Virus record (IMG/VR): IMGVR_UViG_3300020045_005005
Location: 1-44,201 of that record
Origin: a virus
Taxonomy: Duplodnaviria; Caudoviricetes
Direction: 5' to 3' (one strand)
Length of the DNA: 44,201 nucleotides
Under the pieces are notes generated by a model. The model was given only the letters and a program-made list of their open reading frames with translations, did no database searches and was not told the DNA's origin. The position numbers and the translations under genes were made by a program. The number at the start of each line of letters is the position of its first letter. Position 1 is the stretch's first letter. This document shows, one piece after another, positions 24,749-33,667 of the stretch.

Positions 24749-26002
24749 ATGTTTGTTAAAAAAACAAGTGCAGAATTAGAGGCAATGACTACTGAACAAG
24801 TAGACACCTACAAAGCACAATTAGAAGCGCATAATGAGGCGCAAACAAAAGCCGTTATTGATGCGGAAGTAAAAGCACAAGTTGAAGCCGTAAAAGCAAC
24901 ACTTAAAACGGAATTTAAAGCAGAAGTTACTGACGAAGTAGCAAAACAGCTATTAGACGCTAACAAAGGCGGGGAAACTGCAAACGACACGGATGTAGTT
25001 AAGTTCTTTAAAGAATCAGTTGAAACTTACAAAGAAAACGAAAATGACAAACGTTACAATGCAACAACAGTTGTAAAAGCCGCCGCTTTAATGACCACTG
25101 CAAACGTTACGCCAAACGTAACTAACGGTTTCAGTCCTTTATTCGGAAACTACATTGATACGGAAATTGGTTCAACGCCAAAACCTGACCTTTGTATTTT
25201 ACCTTTGATTACAATTAAAAATCAGCCAGGCACAGAATCAATTTGGCACGTATCAAGAGTAAACGAAGAAGGAGACGCTGAATTTATTGCAGAGGGTGCA
25301 TTGAAGCCATTAGCTGACGCTGAATGGGCTACAGTTAAAGAACCAGTTAAAGAGGTTGCAGTACGTTGGAAGTTCACAAAAAGATTAATGAATCACGCAC
25401 CAAGTGTTGTAGTTGACTTTGCTGAACACGCCAACGAATTGATGGAACAAACAATGGACGATGGTGCATTAACGGGTAACGGAACGGGCAATAACTTAGA
25501 AGGTATTACTGCAACGGGCGTTGCGTCTGCTTTTGTTGTTCCAACACAACTAGCCGAGTATTATGCTGACGCTAACATTTTCGATGTTATTATGGCAGTA
25601 GCTACACAAGTTCGTTTAGCTAACTTCAAAGGTCAACTTACTGCGGTATTAAATACTGTTTGGGAAGCTAAAATGAAAGGTATCAAAAATTCACAAGGCG
25701 ATTATATCGTACCACCTTTCGTTTCTCCTGATGGAACAATGGTTGGAAGTGTAAGAGTTGTATTTAACAACAAATTCCCTGACACACATATCTTAGTTGG
25801 TGATTTGAAAAAATTCAACTTAGTAATGGCAGAAGATGTAACTTACGACGAGGGTTACGAAAACGACGATTTCTCTAAAAACTTAGTTTCTAAAAAATTA
25901 GAAGCGTTTATGGGAACGTATATCAAAGCTGGCGATGCTGGTTCAATCGTTTACGATGCAATTGCTGATATTTTAACTGATATTGAAGTACCAGTAGTTT
26001 AA
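24749..26002 (+). CDS. Major capsid protein (HK97 fold)
   Basis: Coiled-coil delta-like N-terminus; AEGALKP, LTGNGTG, KNSQGDYI, VGDLK. Confidence 0.9.
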   Translation: MFVKKTSAELEAMTTEQVDTYKAQLEAHNEAQTKAVIDAEVKAQVEAVKATLKTEFKAEVTDEVAKQLLDANKGGETANDTDVVKFFKESVETYKENENDKRYNATTVVKAAALMTTANVTPNVTNGFSPLFGNYIDTEIGSTPKPDLCILPLITIKNQPGTESIWHVSRVNEEGDAEFIAEGALKPLADAEWATVKEPVKEVAVRWKFTKRLMNHAPSVVVDFAEHANELMEQTMDDGALTGNGTGNNLEGITATGVASAFVVPTQLAEYYADANIFDVIMAVATQVRLANFKGQLTAVLNTVWEAKMKGIKNSQGDYIVPPFVSPDGTMVGSVRVVFNNKFPDTHILVGDLKKFNLVMAEDVTYDEGYENDDFSKNLVSKKLEAFMGTYIKAGDAGSIVYDAIADILTDIEVPVV

Positions 26003-26028
26003 TTGAGTATTAATTTAAATTTATAAAA

Positions 26029-26259
26029 ATGGCAAAAGAGACAAACAAGTCCGAAGTAGCAACCTTCTCAAGTAAGGCAATGTTATTAGAAAACGCTAAA
26101 GCGGGAACAAAAATTTTCTACAAAGACCGATTAACGGTTGAAATAGTGAAAGAAACAAAACACTACAAAGTAGGAATGATTGTAAGTCCGCATAAAGTTA
26201 AAGGCGAGGCACTCATTAAACAAGGTATCGCAAAAGAATATAAAGAAACGAAAAAATAA
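26029..26259 (+). CDS. Small head-associated protein
   Basis: Position; GEALIKQGIAK motif. Confidence 0.6.
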   Translation: MAKETNKSEVATFSSKAMLLENAKAGTKIFYKDRLTVEIVKETKHYKVGMIVSPHKVKGEALIKQGIAKEYKETKK

Positions 26260-26265
26260 ATTCAA

Positions 26266-26907
26266 ATGTACTTAATAAACGAGGCTAATTTCACAAGGGA
26301 GTTATCAGTTCCAAACCTTTCAAGTTCTCAAAGCGGAAACGCTGAAAGACTTGCTTTGTATGGAGACGAAAAGCCTCGTTTGTTATTACAAATGAGTTTA
26401 GGAAACGTTTTATTTTCTCAATTAGATTCACAAGTTACTGACGGCGTATTAAATGTTAGTGCTGACCAAAAGTGGAAAGATTTGGTTAATGGAGTTACGT
26501 ATGACGGTAAAGTTTGGAAAGGTTTGAATTACACAGAGGGAAGTTTTCAAGTTTCTCTTTTAGCTTATTATACTTTTTGGATGTGGCTTAACGATAACGT
26601 TACTACAATTGGTAGCGGTGGCGAGGTTCAAATTCAAAGTAAAAACGCTAACAATGTAAACCCCACAAGCACCCAAGTACAAATTTGGAATAAGTTTATT
26701 GAATTGTATCAAGGATCGCCTTATAATTATTGTTTTCCGAACGTGAGTTATTTAAACGGTGCTACTTTTGTAGATTACTACAATGGAGGTATTAATAGTA
26801 ACTACGTTTCGTTATTACAGTTTTTAAAAGACAATCCAACAAACTATCCAAGCCCTCAACTATTTACTTTCGATAATTCGAGTAATTCAAATTCTTTAGG
26901 ATTATGA
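26266..26907 (+). CDS. Putative head-tail adaptor
   Basis: Position after the capsid gene. Confidence 0.55.
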   Translation: MYLINEANFTRELSVPNLSSSQSGNAERLALYGDEKPRLLLQMSLGNVLFSQLDSQVTDGVLNVSADQKWKDLVNGVTYDGKVWKGLNYTEGSFQVSLLAYYTFWMWLNDNVTTIGSGGEVQIQSKNANNVNPTSTQVQIWNKFIELYQGSPYNYCFPNVSYLNGATFVDYYNGGINSNYVSLLQFLKDNPTNYPSPQLFTFDNSSNSNSLGL

Positions 26908-27446
26908 TAATTGCCAACGCTTTAAAAAGGTTGTTTTCAGGACTTACTGCTGATGTAGTTTTATTAGGTGTTTCAAAGCCTGATACTACTATTAAATATT
27001 GGTACGGAGACCAAAAAGAACTAATAGCATGGATTACAAATCAAAATACTAGAAGTACACCTGAGAAATACCCTTTAGTTTGGTATGTTTTAGGAGAATA
27101 TACAGAGTTTCAAGGTTGGTATAGCACGAATGCAAGGTTAGTAATTATGCAAGACACTAGAGTAGCCGAATTAAATGATTGGCGTAATAGTAACAGTTAT
27201 GAGGGTATTTTAGAGCCAGTTTGGGCGGTTGTTAAGAGTAAACTAACTAAAGAGATTTTCGTTGATATAGTTAGTCAAGAAATGGCAGACCAATTCAAGT
27301 TGAGAACGATTCCTAATTATGGTGTAGAACCCTCAAACACTTTAAATGGTTCAAATCCAACTAAAGAAAAAAGCGTTAATATCGACTTGGTAGATTGTTT
27401 AGTAGTAGATTTTAAATTGAGAATAAAAGCAAATTGTATTAATTAA
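26904..27446 (+). CDS. Putative tail terminator/neck protein
   Basis: Position; KYPLVW motif. Confidence 0.5.
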   Translation: MIIANALKRLFSGLTADVVLLGVSKPDTTIKYWYGDQKELIAWITNQNTRSTPEKYPLVWYVLGEYTEFQGWYSTNARLVIMQDTRVAELNDWRNSNSYEGILEPVWAVVKSKLTKEIFVDIVSQEMADQFKLRTIPNYGVEPSNTLNGSNPTKEKSVNIDLVDCLVVDFKLRIKANCIN

Positions 27447-27464
27447 ATAAAAAAAAATAAAAAA

Positions 27465-28397
27465 ATGGCAATATTAGATTATCAGTATGGGGATTGTGTA
27501 GTAAACGCAATCGGTACAGGTTCAGGTCAATGCGAGTTAGCTAATTTTGGCGACTTTGTAGGTGCTGGACTTTTAAACAAGGGTACAAAAATTGTAAAAG
27601 CAACCGTTACAAACTTTGCAACGGAATTAACGGATTTAATCAAAGCACGTTCTTTACACCAATTCGTTAACTTTTATGATTTTACACAAGACACACCTGA
27701 CAACGAAATTAATACTTCTACGTTAGGTATTATGCAAAATGTAAGAGACGGTAAACCATACTTCGGAATGGTGTTTACTAAAAACTCTTACTTTCATCAA
27801 AAAGCTTGGAAGTACAAATCACAAAACAAATACGATGCATTTTTGTATTTCACTAAAGGGGTTTTGATGTGGAACAACGTTGATGGAACTGAATTAAAAG
27901 GCGGTTCTTTGTCAATGGTTGATGTATCAACTAAGAAATTCGCACAAGGTACAGATTTAGAGCAAACAGTAATGCGAGTTCAATTTGACCAACCCGAAGA
28001 GTTCAACAATAGATACGTATTCTTTACGTATGAGGAGTTAGGAATCGATTTAAACCAAGTTGATGGAGTAATTGACGTTGATGTAAATGTAACTACTCCC
28101 GTAACGGCTGGAACAACTTTCTCTTTGTATGTTTCAAACAAATACAACGGTCAAGAGCGTTTCAATTCTGTTGATGCAACTGCTAATTGGTTGCTTGGTG
28201 GAGTTCAAGCAAGTTCAACAACTATTTCAAGCGTTACTTACAACGCTACAACTGACAAATTAGTTTTTGTAGTTACACCAGCGTTGATAGCAACAGACAC
28301 AATCGCTCCAAAATTACGTGATGGTGCTTATAGTGTTGCTGAGGATTCAAACGGAAATTTATTGGCTGGTCAATCGCCAATTGTAACTGTGGCGTAA
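27465..28397 (+). CDS. Major tail tube protein (putative)
   Basis: Position, size, Ig-like Thr/Val-rich C-terminus, followed by a terminator. Confidence 0.65.
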   Translation: MAILDYQYGDCVVNAIGTGSGQCELANFGDFVGAGLLNKGTKIVKATVTNFATELTDLIKARSLHQFVNFYDFTQDTPDNEINTSTLGIMQNVRDGKPYFGMVFTKNSYFHQKAWKYKSQNKYDAFLYFTKGVLMWNNVDGTELKGGSLSMVDVSTKKFAQGTDLEQTVMRVQFDQPEEFNNRYVFFTYEELGIDLNQVDGVIDVDVNVTTPVTAGTTFSLYVSNKYNGQERFNSVDATANWLLGGVQASSTTISSVTYNATTDKLVFVVTPALIATDTIAPKLRDGAYSVAEDSNGNLLAGQSPIVTVA

Positions 28398-28422
28398 TAA
28401 AATAAAGATTGCATAATTAAGA

Positions 28423-28457
28423 TAAAGCAATCAATGTATTTTGGTTGCTTTATTTTT
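28423..28457 (+). terminator. Intrinsic terminator
   Basis: ATAAAGCAATCAA/TTGGTTGCTTTAT plus T-run. Confidence 0.65.
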
Positions 28458-28468
28458 AAAAAAAAGTT

Positions 28469-28912
28469 ATGGATTACTTAAACCCGATAATTAACAAAAT
28501 CAAACCTGAACAGTCGGGATTAAAACGTTATTTTGGTCAATTAGTAATATTAAATTCTCCAACTATTATAAACGATGTTAAAAGACGTTGGTTGTATGGA
28601 AAATCGGTTAACGGTGGAATTATTGGAGAGTATGCAAGTGAAGAGTACCGATTATTTAAAATGGGATTAAACCCACTAGCAAACGGAAACGTTGATTTAA
28701 TGCTTTACGGTGGCTTAAGTGGAGATATGCAAGTCAAACTTATTGGAGATACAAAGTTTGAAATATTTTCAACAGACCAAAAATATCAGAAAATCGGTAG
28801 AAAGTACGGTTTTGAGGAATTTGGATTAACAGAAGAAGAAAGTTACGAACTTTTTAAAGAGTTGCAAGTATTCGCTTTAGAAAGTATTTTCAATAAAATA
28901 TATAAAAATTAG
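28469..28912 (+). CDS. Putative tail completion/neck protein
   Basis: VDL...G, KYG...FGLT pattern; position. Confidence 0.5.
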   Translation: MDYLNPIINKIKPEQSGLKRYFGQLVILNSPTIINDVKRRWLYGKSVNGGIIGEYASEEYRLFKMGLNPLANGNVDLMLYGGLSGDMQVKLIGDTKFEIFSTDQKYQKIGRKYGFEEFGLTEEESYELFKELQVFALESIFNKIYKN

Positions 28913-28916
28913 TATT

Positions 28917-29150
28917 ATGGGATGTTTTACGTGTGGCGAAAGCTTAGATAATAACGAATTAGCTTCTTTGCGTCGATTTAAAGACGATTTTAATAAAAAA
29001 GGCATTGTTAGATACGCATACAGATTAAGTACAAAATCGCCTCTTATGTTCGTTAGAGAAGATGATTTTGAAATTGTGTTCAAAAGAGATATTAAACCAA
29101 AGTTAAAAAAGGGAGCTGAATATTGCCACGTTAACGAATTTCAACTATGA
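28917..29150 (+). CDS. Hypothetical protein (tail module)
   Basis: ORF track. Confidence 0.55.
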   Translation: MGCFTCGESLDNNELASLRRFKDDFNKKGIVRYAYRLSTKSPLMFVREDDFEIVFKRDIKPKLKKGAEYCHVNEFQL

Positions 29151-29794
29151 ATTTAATAAAAAGCAACGACGAACTTAAACTATTTACGTTTTGGGACATA
29201 ACCGAGAACGGAAATTACTTTTTGTTAGACAAAGATTATACTGAAACAGTAAAGTATACGTCTGAACAAACCGACGTTGTTTATAATCTTTGGTTGAAGT
29301 TGTGGGATGAATATTTCGAAATGGAAAATTCGTCTAAAAACAGAAATTATCTTTTACGAACTAAGCAACAAATGGCGTTATTGCACAAGATAAATACTAT
29401 TTTTAACATTGTTGAGACGCTTATTTATTTGTATGAAAACAAAGATGTACTTTCAAAAGAAGATTACACAAGGCACGAACAAAAGTTTTATTCAATTGTA
29501 AAATTAATCGCTCCAAATTTCAAACCGTTGTATTTTGATGGAATACCCAGAAATTTAGAATTGATTGATAGTTTATTGAGAGGTTTAGAAACTACTTATA
29601 AAATCAAGTATAAAGCTGATGAAGTTAAGAACGAAAAATCTAAACAAAATCGTTATAGAGAAATTGTTCAAGTAAGTAAGGTTTTAATGATGCGATTGGA
29701 CGCTAAAGAAATAAGCGTTAACGAATGGCTAGGATATAAGCAAGAAGCAAAAGATATTGTTGAATCAATGAAAAATACTAAAAATGGCAAATAA
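29147..29794 (+). CDS. Putative tail assembly chaperone
   Basis: Directly before the tape measure; ISVNEW C-terminal motif. Confidence 0.5.
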   Translation: MNLIKSNDELKLFTFWDITENGNYFLLDKDYTETVKYTSEQTDVVYNLWLKLWDEYFEMENSSKNRNYLLRTKQQMALLHKINTIFNIVETLIYLYENKDVLSKEDYTRHEQKFYSIVKLIAPNFKPLYFDGIPRNLELIDSLLRGLETTYKIKYKADEVKNEKSKQNRYREIVQVSKVLMMRLDAKEISVNEWLGYKQEAKDIVESMKNTKNGK

Positions 29795-32700
29795 TAATGT
29801 ACAAGACTTTGGAAGTGCAGTTGCAGAGGTTAATACCATTTTAGAAAAGCACACGGTAGATTTAGAAAAAAGTGCAACCGCATTAAGTAAATATAATGCC
29901 GAATTAAAAGTATTGCCTAGCGGTTATTTGAATACTCAAAAACAAATAGCAAATGAGCAAAAACAACAAACAAAAAACATATCAGACTTACAAGCTAAAT
30001 TGCAAAAAGCAAACGAGATAGCACAACGAGAAATTGAAAAAACACGATTAGCAGAAATAAAATTATCTCAAGCAAGAGAAAAAGCTTTTGATAATTACGA
30101 AAAGAAATTACAAAAAGAAGAAGCTGGATTAGCTAAACTAGAAGGCGCTTACCAAAGATACCAAAACAGCGTAAATGTTCTAACTAATACGTATAAAAAC
30201 CTAGCTATTAGAAAAGAACTTGGAGGTACTTTAAACGCGAAAGAAGAGGCTCAATTACTTTCTATAACAAATAGATTAAACCAATATCAAAACGCCCTTA
30301 AAAAAGTAGATGCTCAAATAGGCAACCATCAAAGAGAGGTTGGTAATTATGCTAAAGCAAATAGCAATTTATCTAACTCAATAGGTCAAATTAGCCGAGA
30401 ACTACCAAATTTTGGACAGTCTTTTTCAATTGGAGTGCTTTCGCTAACCAATAATGTTGGAGCATTAATTGACGGTATTAAACAAGTAAAAGAGCAAAAT
30501 AACGAACTTCAATCACAAGGTAAGCAAACGAAAAGCGTGTTTTCTCAGATATTAAGCAGTGTATTGTCTTGGCAAACTGCTTTATTTATTGGAATAGGTA
30601 TATTTTCGGCATACTCAAAAGAAATTAGCGGTTTTATTTCTGATTTATTTTCAGCTAATGATGCAATAAAAGCCAACGAACGAGCGATTATTGACGCTTA
30701 TGAGGCTAGAAAAAGATTTGAATTTGCTTCTGCCGATGCGACTAAACAAACTAGAAAAGAAATTGATGATTATCTAAACTTAACTAGCGTAATAAAAGAC
30801 AATACAAAGTCAAAAGAAGAGCGATTAAACGCAGTTAAAAGATACAAGGACGCTTATCCAGGGTATTTAAAAAACTTCTCAGATGAACAAATTTTAGCAT
30901 ATCAAAGCGGTAAAGCAAATAAGGAGCTTTCAAAAACTATTAATCAATTAGCCGCCGATATTACAAAGAGAAATCTTGCTCAATCACAAGCGAATGAATC
31001 TAGTAAAACGTTTTCGGATTTAACAGATTTAAAAGCAGAATTTAAATACAGAGAATCGATAAATCAACAAATAAATAGCAGTAATTTTTCAACTAGGGAG
31101 TTGTACAAAAAAAGAGCAAAAGAAAGAGTAGAGATAGTTAACGATAGCGAAGATTTTGTCGAAAAATTTGGCAAGGCTACAATTAACGAATTAGGAGCTT
31201 ATGACCTACAAGAAATTAACAATCTTAAAATAAGATACAACGCATTAGTTAACGAGTTTAATAAAGAAAGAGACACGGTTAATAAATCATTAGTTGAAAC
31301 GTCTTTACTAGACTTTAAACCTGATGAAAAGAAAGATAATAAATTAAAAAGAGAAAAAGTACGTCTTAATTTCGAAGAAATTGAAAGTGAATATAATTTA
31401 AAGCTTGCAATTTTAGAACGTCAAAAAGCAGAGGCAAATGACAGGGCAACAAATGAACAATCATTACTCGATGATAGGTTAAAAGCACGAAAAGAATTTA
31501 GCGAAAAATCAATTGAAATATTAAACTTAGAAGTTCAGAAAGAAAAAGCTTTGTTTAATGAGAAAATGGTTGATGATTTAGAAAAAAATAATGTAGCGTA
31601 TAAAAACAAAGATATAACGGCTAAAGAATGGGCTAAAAACATCGTTGCTATCAATAAAAGATATAACAACGAAATCGCAACCGTTGATATGGCGTTTTCT
31701 TTAAAATGGAACGACCTATTAAATGCTGATGCTGATTTTTACTATAAAATTCAAGAAGAAAAAAGAGCTTTCACTGAAAAAACAAACGATTTAATATTAC
31801 AAAACGAAAAAGATAAAAACAAAAAGATAGCCGATAACCAAGTGTCAGGTGTTAAATTTACTTTAGCAGTTAGACAGAAGGCTTTCGAAGAGTTTATAAG
31901 ACTATCAAAAAAGGAATTAGACATAGCTAAGGCAAAAGAATTGGCAAACGCTAAATCTAATGAGGAAGTTATTTTTATTACTGAAAAATACGCTAAATTA
32001 ATTGAACAACTAGGGTTAATACCAAGCGAAACACAAAAAGCACAAGAAGCAACAGAGGCTTATATTAGAAGCTTAGGCAATGGCGCAATATCTAAAGCGT
32101 TTGACGAAATTGGTTTTTCAAGTGCTAAAATGTTTTTAGATATTGACGAAAACGGACAAAGTACATTTGATAAGCTTTACGAAGGAGCTAATGAACTTGG
32201 AGAAAAATTTGCTTTAGTATTTCAATCTATCGGCGATATCGCTCAAGAAGTCTTCGCTAAAATGGCTGAGGCTTCAACTGAAAGGCTAAACAAAGAAATT
32301 TCTAATTTGACAATGGAGCGTGATGTTGCTTTAGTTTACGCTGGAGAAAATGTAGCTGGACGTGAAGAAATTAACCGACAATTTGAAGCTAGAAAAAAAC
32401 AAGCTGAAATTAGAGATTTTGAACGTAAGAAAAAGATAGCTAAGGCAAATGTATTGATTGATACTGCGCAAGCTATTATATCGCTTTACGCTGAGAACAA
32501 CTGGGTTACTGCGACTATTTTAGGAGGTATTTTAACGGGCGTTTCATTATATCAAATGGCGCAAATCGATAAACAACAACCTCCAGCATACGAACACGGA
32601 ACAGACAACCACATTGGAGGTTTAATGAAAATCAACGACCAAAAGGGGAGTAACTACAAAGAAATTGTACAAACCCCTGATGGTAAGATGAGAATGTTTA

Positions 32701-33011
32701 ACGAGCGAAATAAAGTATTAAATGCGCCGAAAGGCACGAAAGTGTTTACCGCTTCTGAATCAGCTTTAATGTTCGACAACGGACTTAACAATATGCTTTT
32801 AAGCAACGGTATATCAATGCCTAAAGTTGAGGTAAATAATAACGGAGCATTAACCGATAGCCAAGTTAATGCTATTGTAGGAGCGATTAAAAACAAAGAA
32901 ACAACGAATATCAATATTGATAAAAGCGGTTTAAATACGTTTGTTAGAGACGGACACACAACAAAACAAATAGTAAACAATCGAGTTCGTGGAATCGGTA
33001 AAAAAGTATAA
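29784..33011 (+). CDS. Tape measure protein
   Basis: 1075 aa, helical, QREVGNY, ISRELP, hydrophobic segments. Confidence 0.85.
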   Translation: MANNNVQDFGSAVAEVNTILEKHTVDLEKSATALSKYNAELKVLPSGYLNTQKQIANEQKQQTKNISDLQAKLQKANEIAQREIEKTRLAEIKLSQAREKAFDNYEKKLQKEEAGLAKLEGAYQRYQNSVNVLTNTYKNLAIRKELGGTLNAKEEAQLLSITNRLNQYQNALKKVDAQIGNHQREVGNYAKANSNLSNSIGQISRELPNFGQSFSIGVLSLTNNVGALIDGIKQVKEQNNELQSQGKQTKSVFSQILSSVLSWQTALFIGIGIFSAYSKEISGFISDLFSANDAIKANERAIIDAYEARKRFEFASADATKQTRKEIDDYLNLTSVIKDNTKSKEERLNAVKRYKDAYPGYLKNFSDEQILAYQSGKANKELSKTINQLAADITKRNLAQSQANESSKTFSDLTDLKAEFKYRESINQQINSSNFSTRELYKKRAKERVEIVNDSEDFVEKFGKATINELGAYDLQEINNLKIRYNALVNEFNKERDTVNKSLVETSLLDFKPDEKKDNKLKREKVRLNFEEIESEYNLKLAILERQKAEANDRATNEQSLLDDRLKARKEFSEKSIEILNLEVQKEKALFNEKMVDDLEKNNVAYKNKDITAKEWAKNIVAINKRYNNEIATVDMAFSLKWNDLLNADADFYYKIQEEKRAFTEKTNDLILQNEKDKNKKIADNQVSGVKFTLAVRQKAFEEFIRLSKKELDIAKAKELANAKSNEEVIFITEKYAKLIEQLGLIPSETQKAQEATEAYIRSLGNGAISKAFDEIGFSSAKMFLDIDENGQSTFDKLYEGANELGEKFALVFQSIGDIAQEVFAKMAEASTERLNKEISNLTMERDVALVYAGENVAGREEINRQFEARKKQAEIRDFERKKKIAKANVLIDTAQAIISLYAENNWVTATILGGILTGVSLYQMAQIDKQQPPAYEHGTDNHIGGLMKINDQKGSNYKEIVQTPDGKMRMFNERNKVLNAPKGTKVFTASESALMFDNGLNNMLLSNGISMPKVEVNNNGALTDSQVNAIVGAIKNKETTNINIDKSGLNTFVRDGHTTKQIVNNRVRGIGKKV

Positions 33012-33031
33012 ATGAATAAAAATAAAATCAC

Positions 33032-33126
33032 TATCTTTGTATGTCAGAAGTCGGAAGCTGATGTTAAAATATAAATTTAAAGATATGTGAGTACCATCCG
33101 ACTATGGGAAAGCATATCTTTTTTTT
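33032..33126 (+). promoter_or_regulatory. Promoter plus structured leader of the HNH gene
   Basis: TATCTTTG; AGTCGGA in the loop of TCAG/CTGA pairs with TCCGACT in the loop of the terminator stem AAAGATATG/CATATCTTT. Confidence 0.6.
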
Positions 33127-33130
33127 AATT

Positions 33131-33655
33131 ATGGAAGTTTTTATAGATGTTTTAGATTACGAGGGTTTTTATCAAGTAAGTAATTTAGGTAATGTTAAAA
33201 GTTTAGAAAGAGAAGTTAATCATCCAAAAGGAGGTGTTTTATTAAAAAAAGAAAGAATATTAAAACCTTCAACAGATAAAAACGGATATAAAATAGTTGT
33301 TTTATGCAAAATAGGAGTAAGTAAAACATTTAAAATACATAGATTAGTTTGTTCTTCTTTTATTAAGAATTTAGAAAATAAACCTTGTGTAAATCATAAA
33401 AACGGAATAAAAAACGACAATAGAATTGAAAATTTAGAGTGGTGTACGGTTAAGGAAAATACAAAGCATTCATACTATTTTGGATTTCAAAAAGCTCCTA
33501 AAGGAGAAGAAAGTTGTCGTTGTAAATTAAAAAAAGAAGATGTATTAAATATAAGAAAAAGCAGTCTTAAAAACTCGGAGTTATCCAAGATTTACAATAT
33601 TAGCGCTTCAAATATTTACTGCATAAGAGTAAAAAAGAGTTGGAAACACATATAA
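33131..33655 (+). CDS. NUMOD4-HNH homing endonuclease (free-standing)
   Basis: YEGFYQVSNLGNVKS, IHRLV, VNHKNGIKNDNRIENLEW; ATG 33131 preferred. Confidence 0.9.
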   Translation: MEVFIDVLDYEGFYQVSNLGNVKSLEREVNHPKGGVLLKKERILKPSTDKNGYKIVVLCKIGVSKTFKIHRLVCSSFIKNLENKPCVNHKNGIKNDNRIENLEWCTVKENTKHSYYFGFQKAPKGEESCRCKLKKEDVLNIRKSSLKNSELSKIYNISASNIYCIRVKKSWKHI

Positions 33656-33667
33656 CAATAAAAGTAA

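Noticed and set aside
29105-29119. A AAA AAG slippery site in the ORF before the putative tail chaperone (lambda G/GT-type frameshift)
   Set aside because: The -1 frame hits TGA at 29117-29119 before reaching the next ORF, so no fusion is possible.
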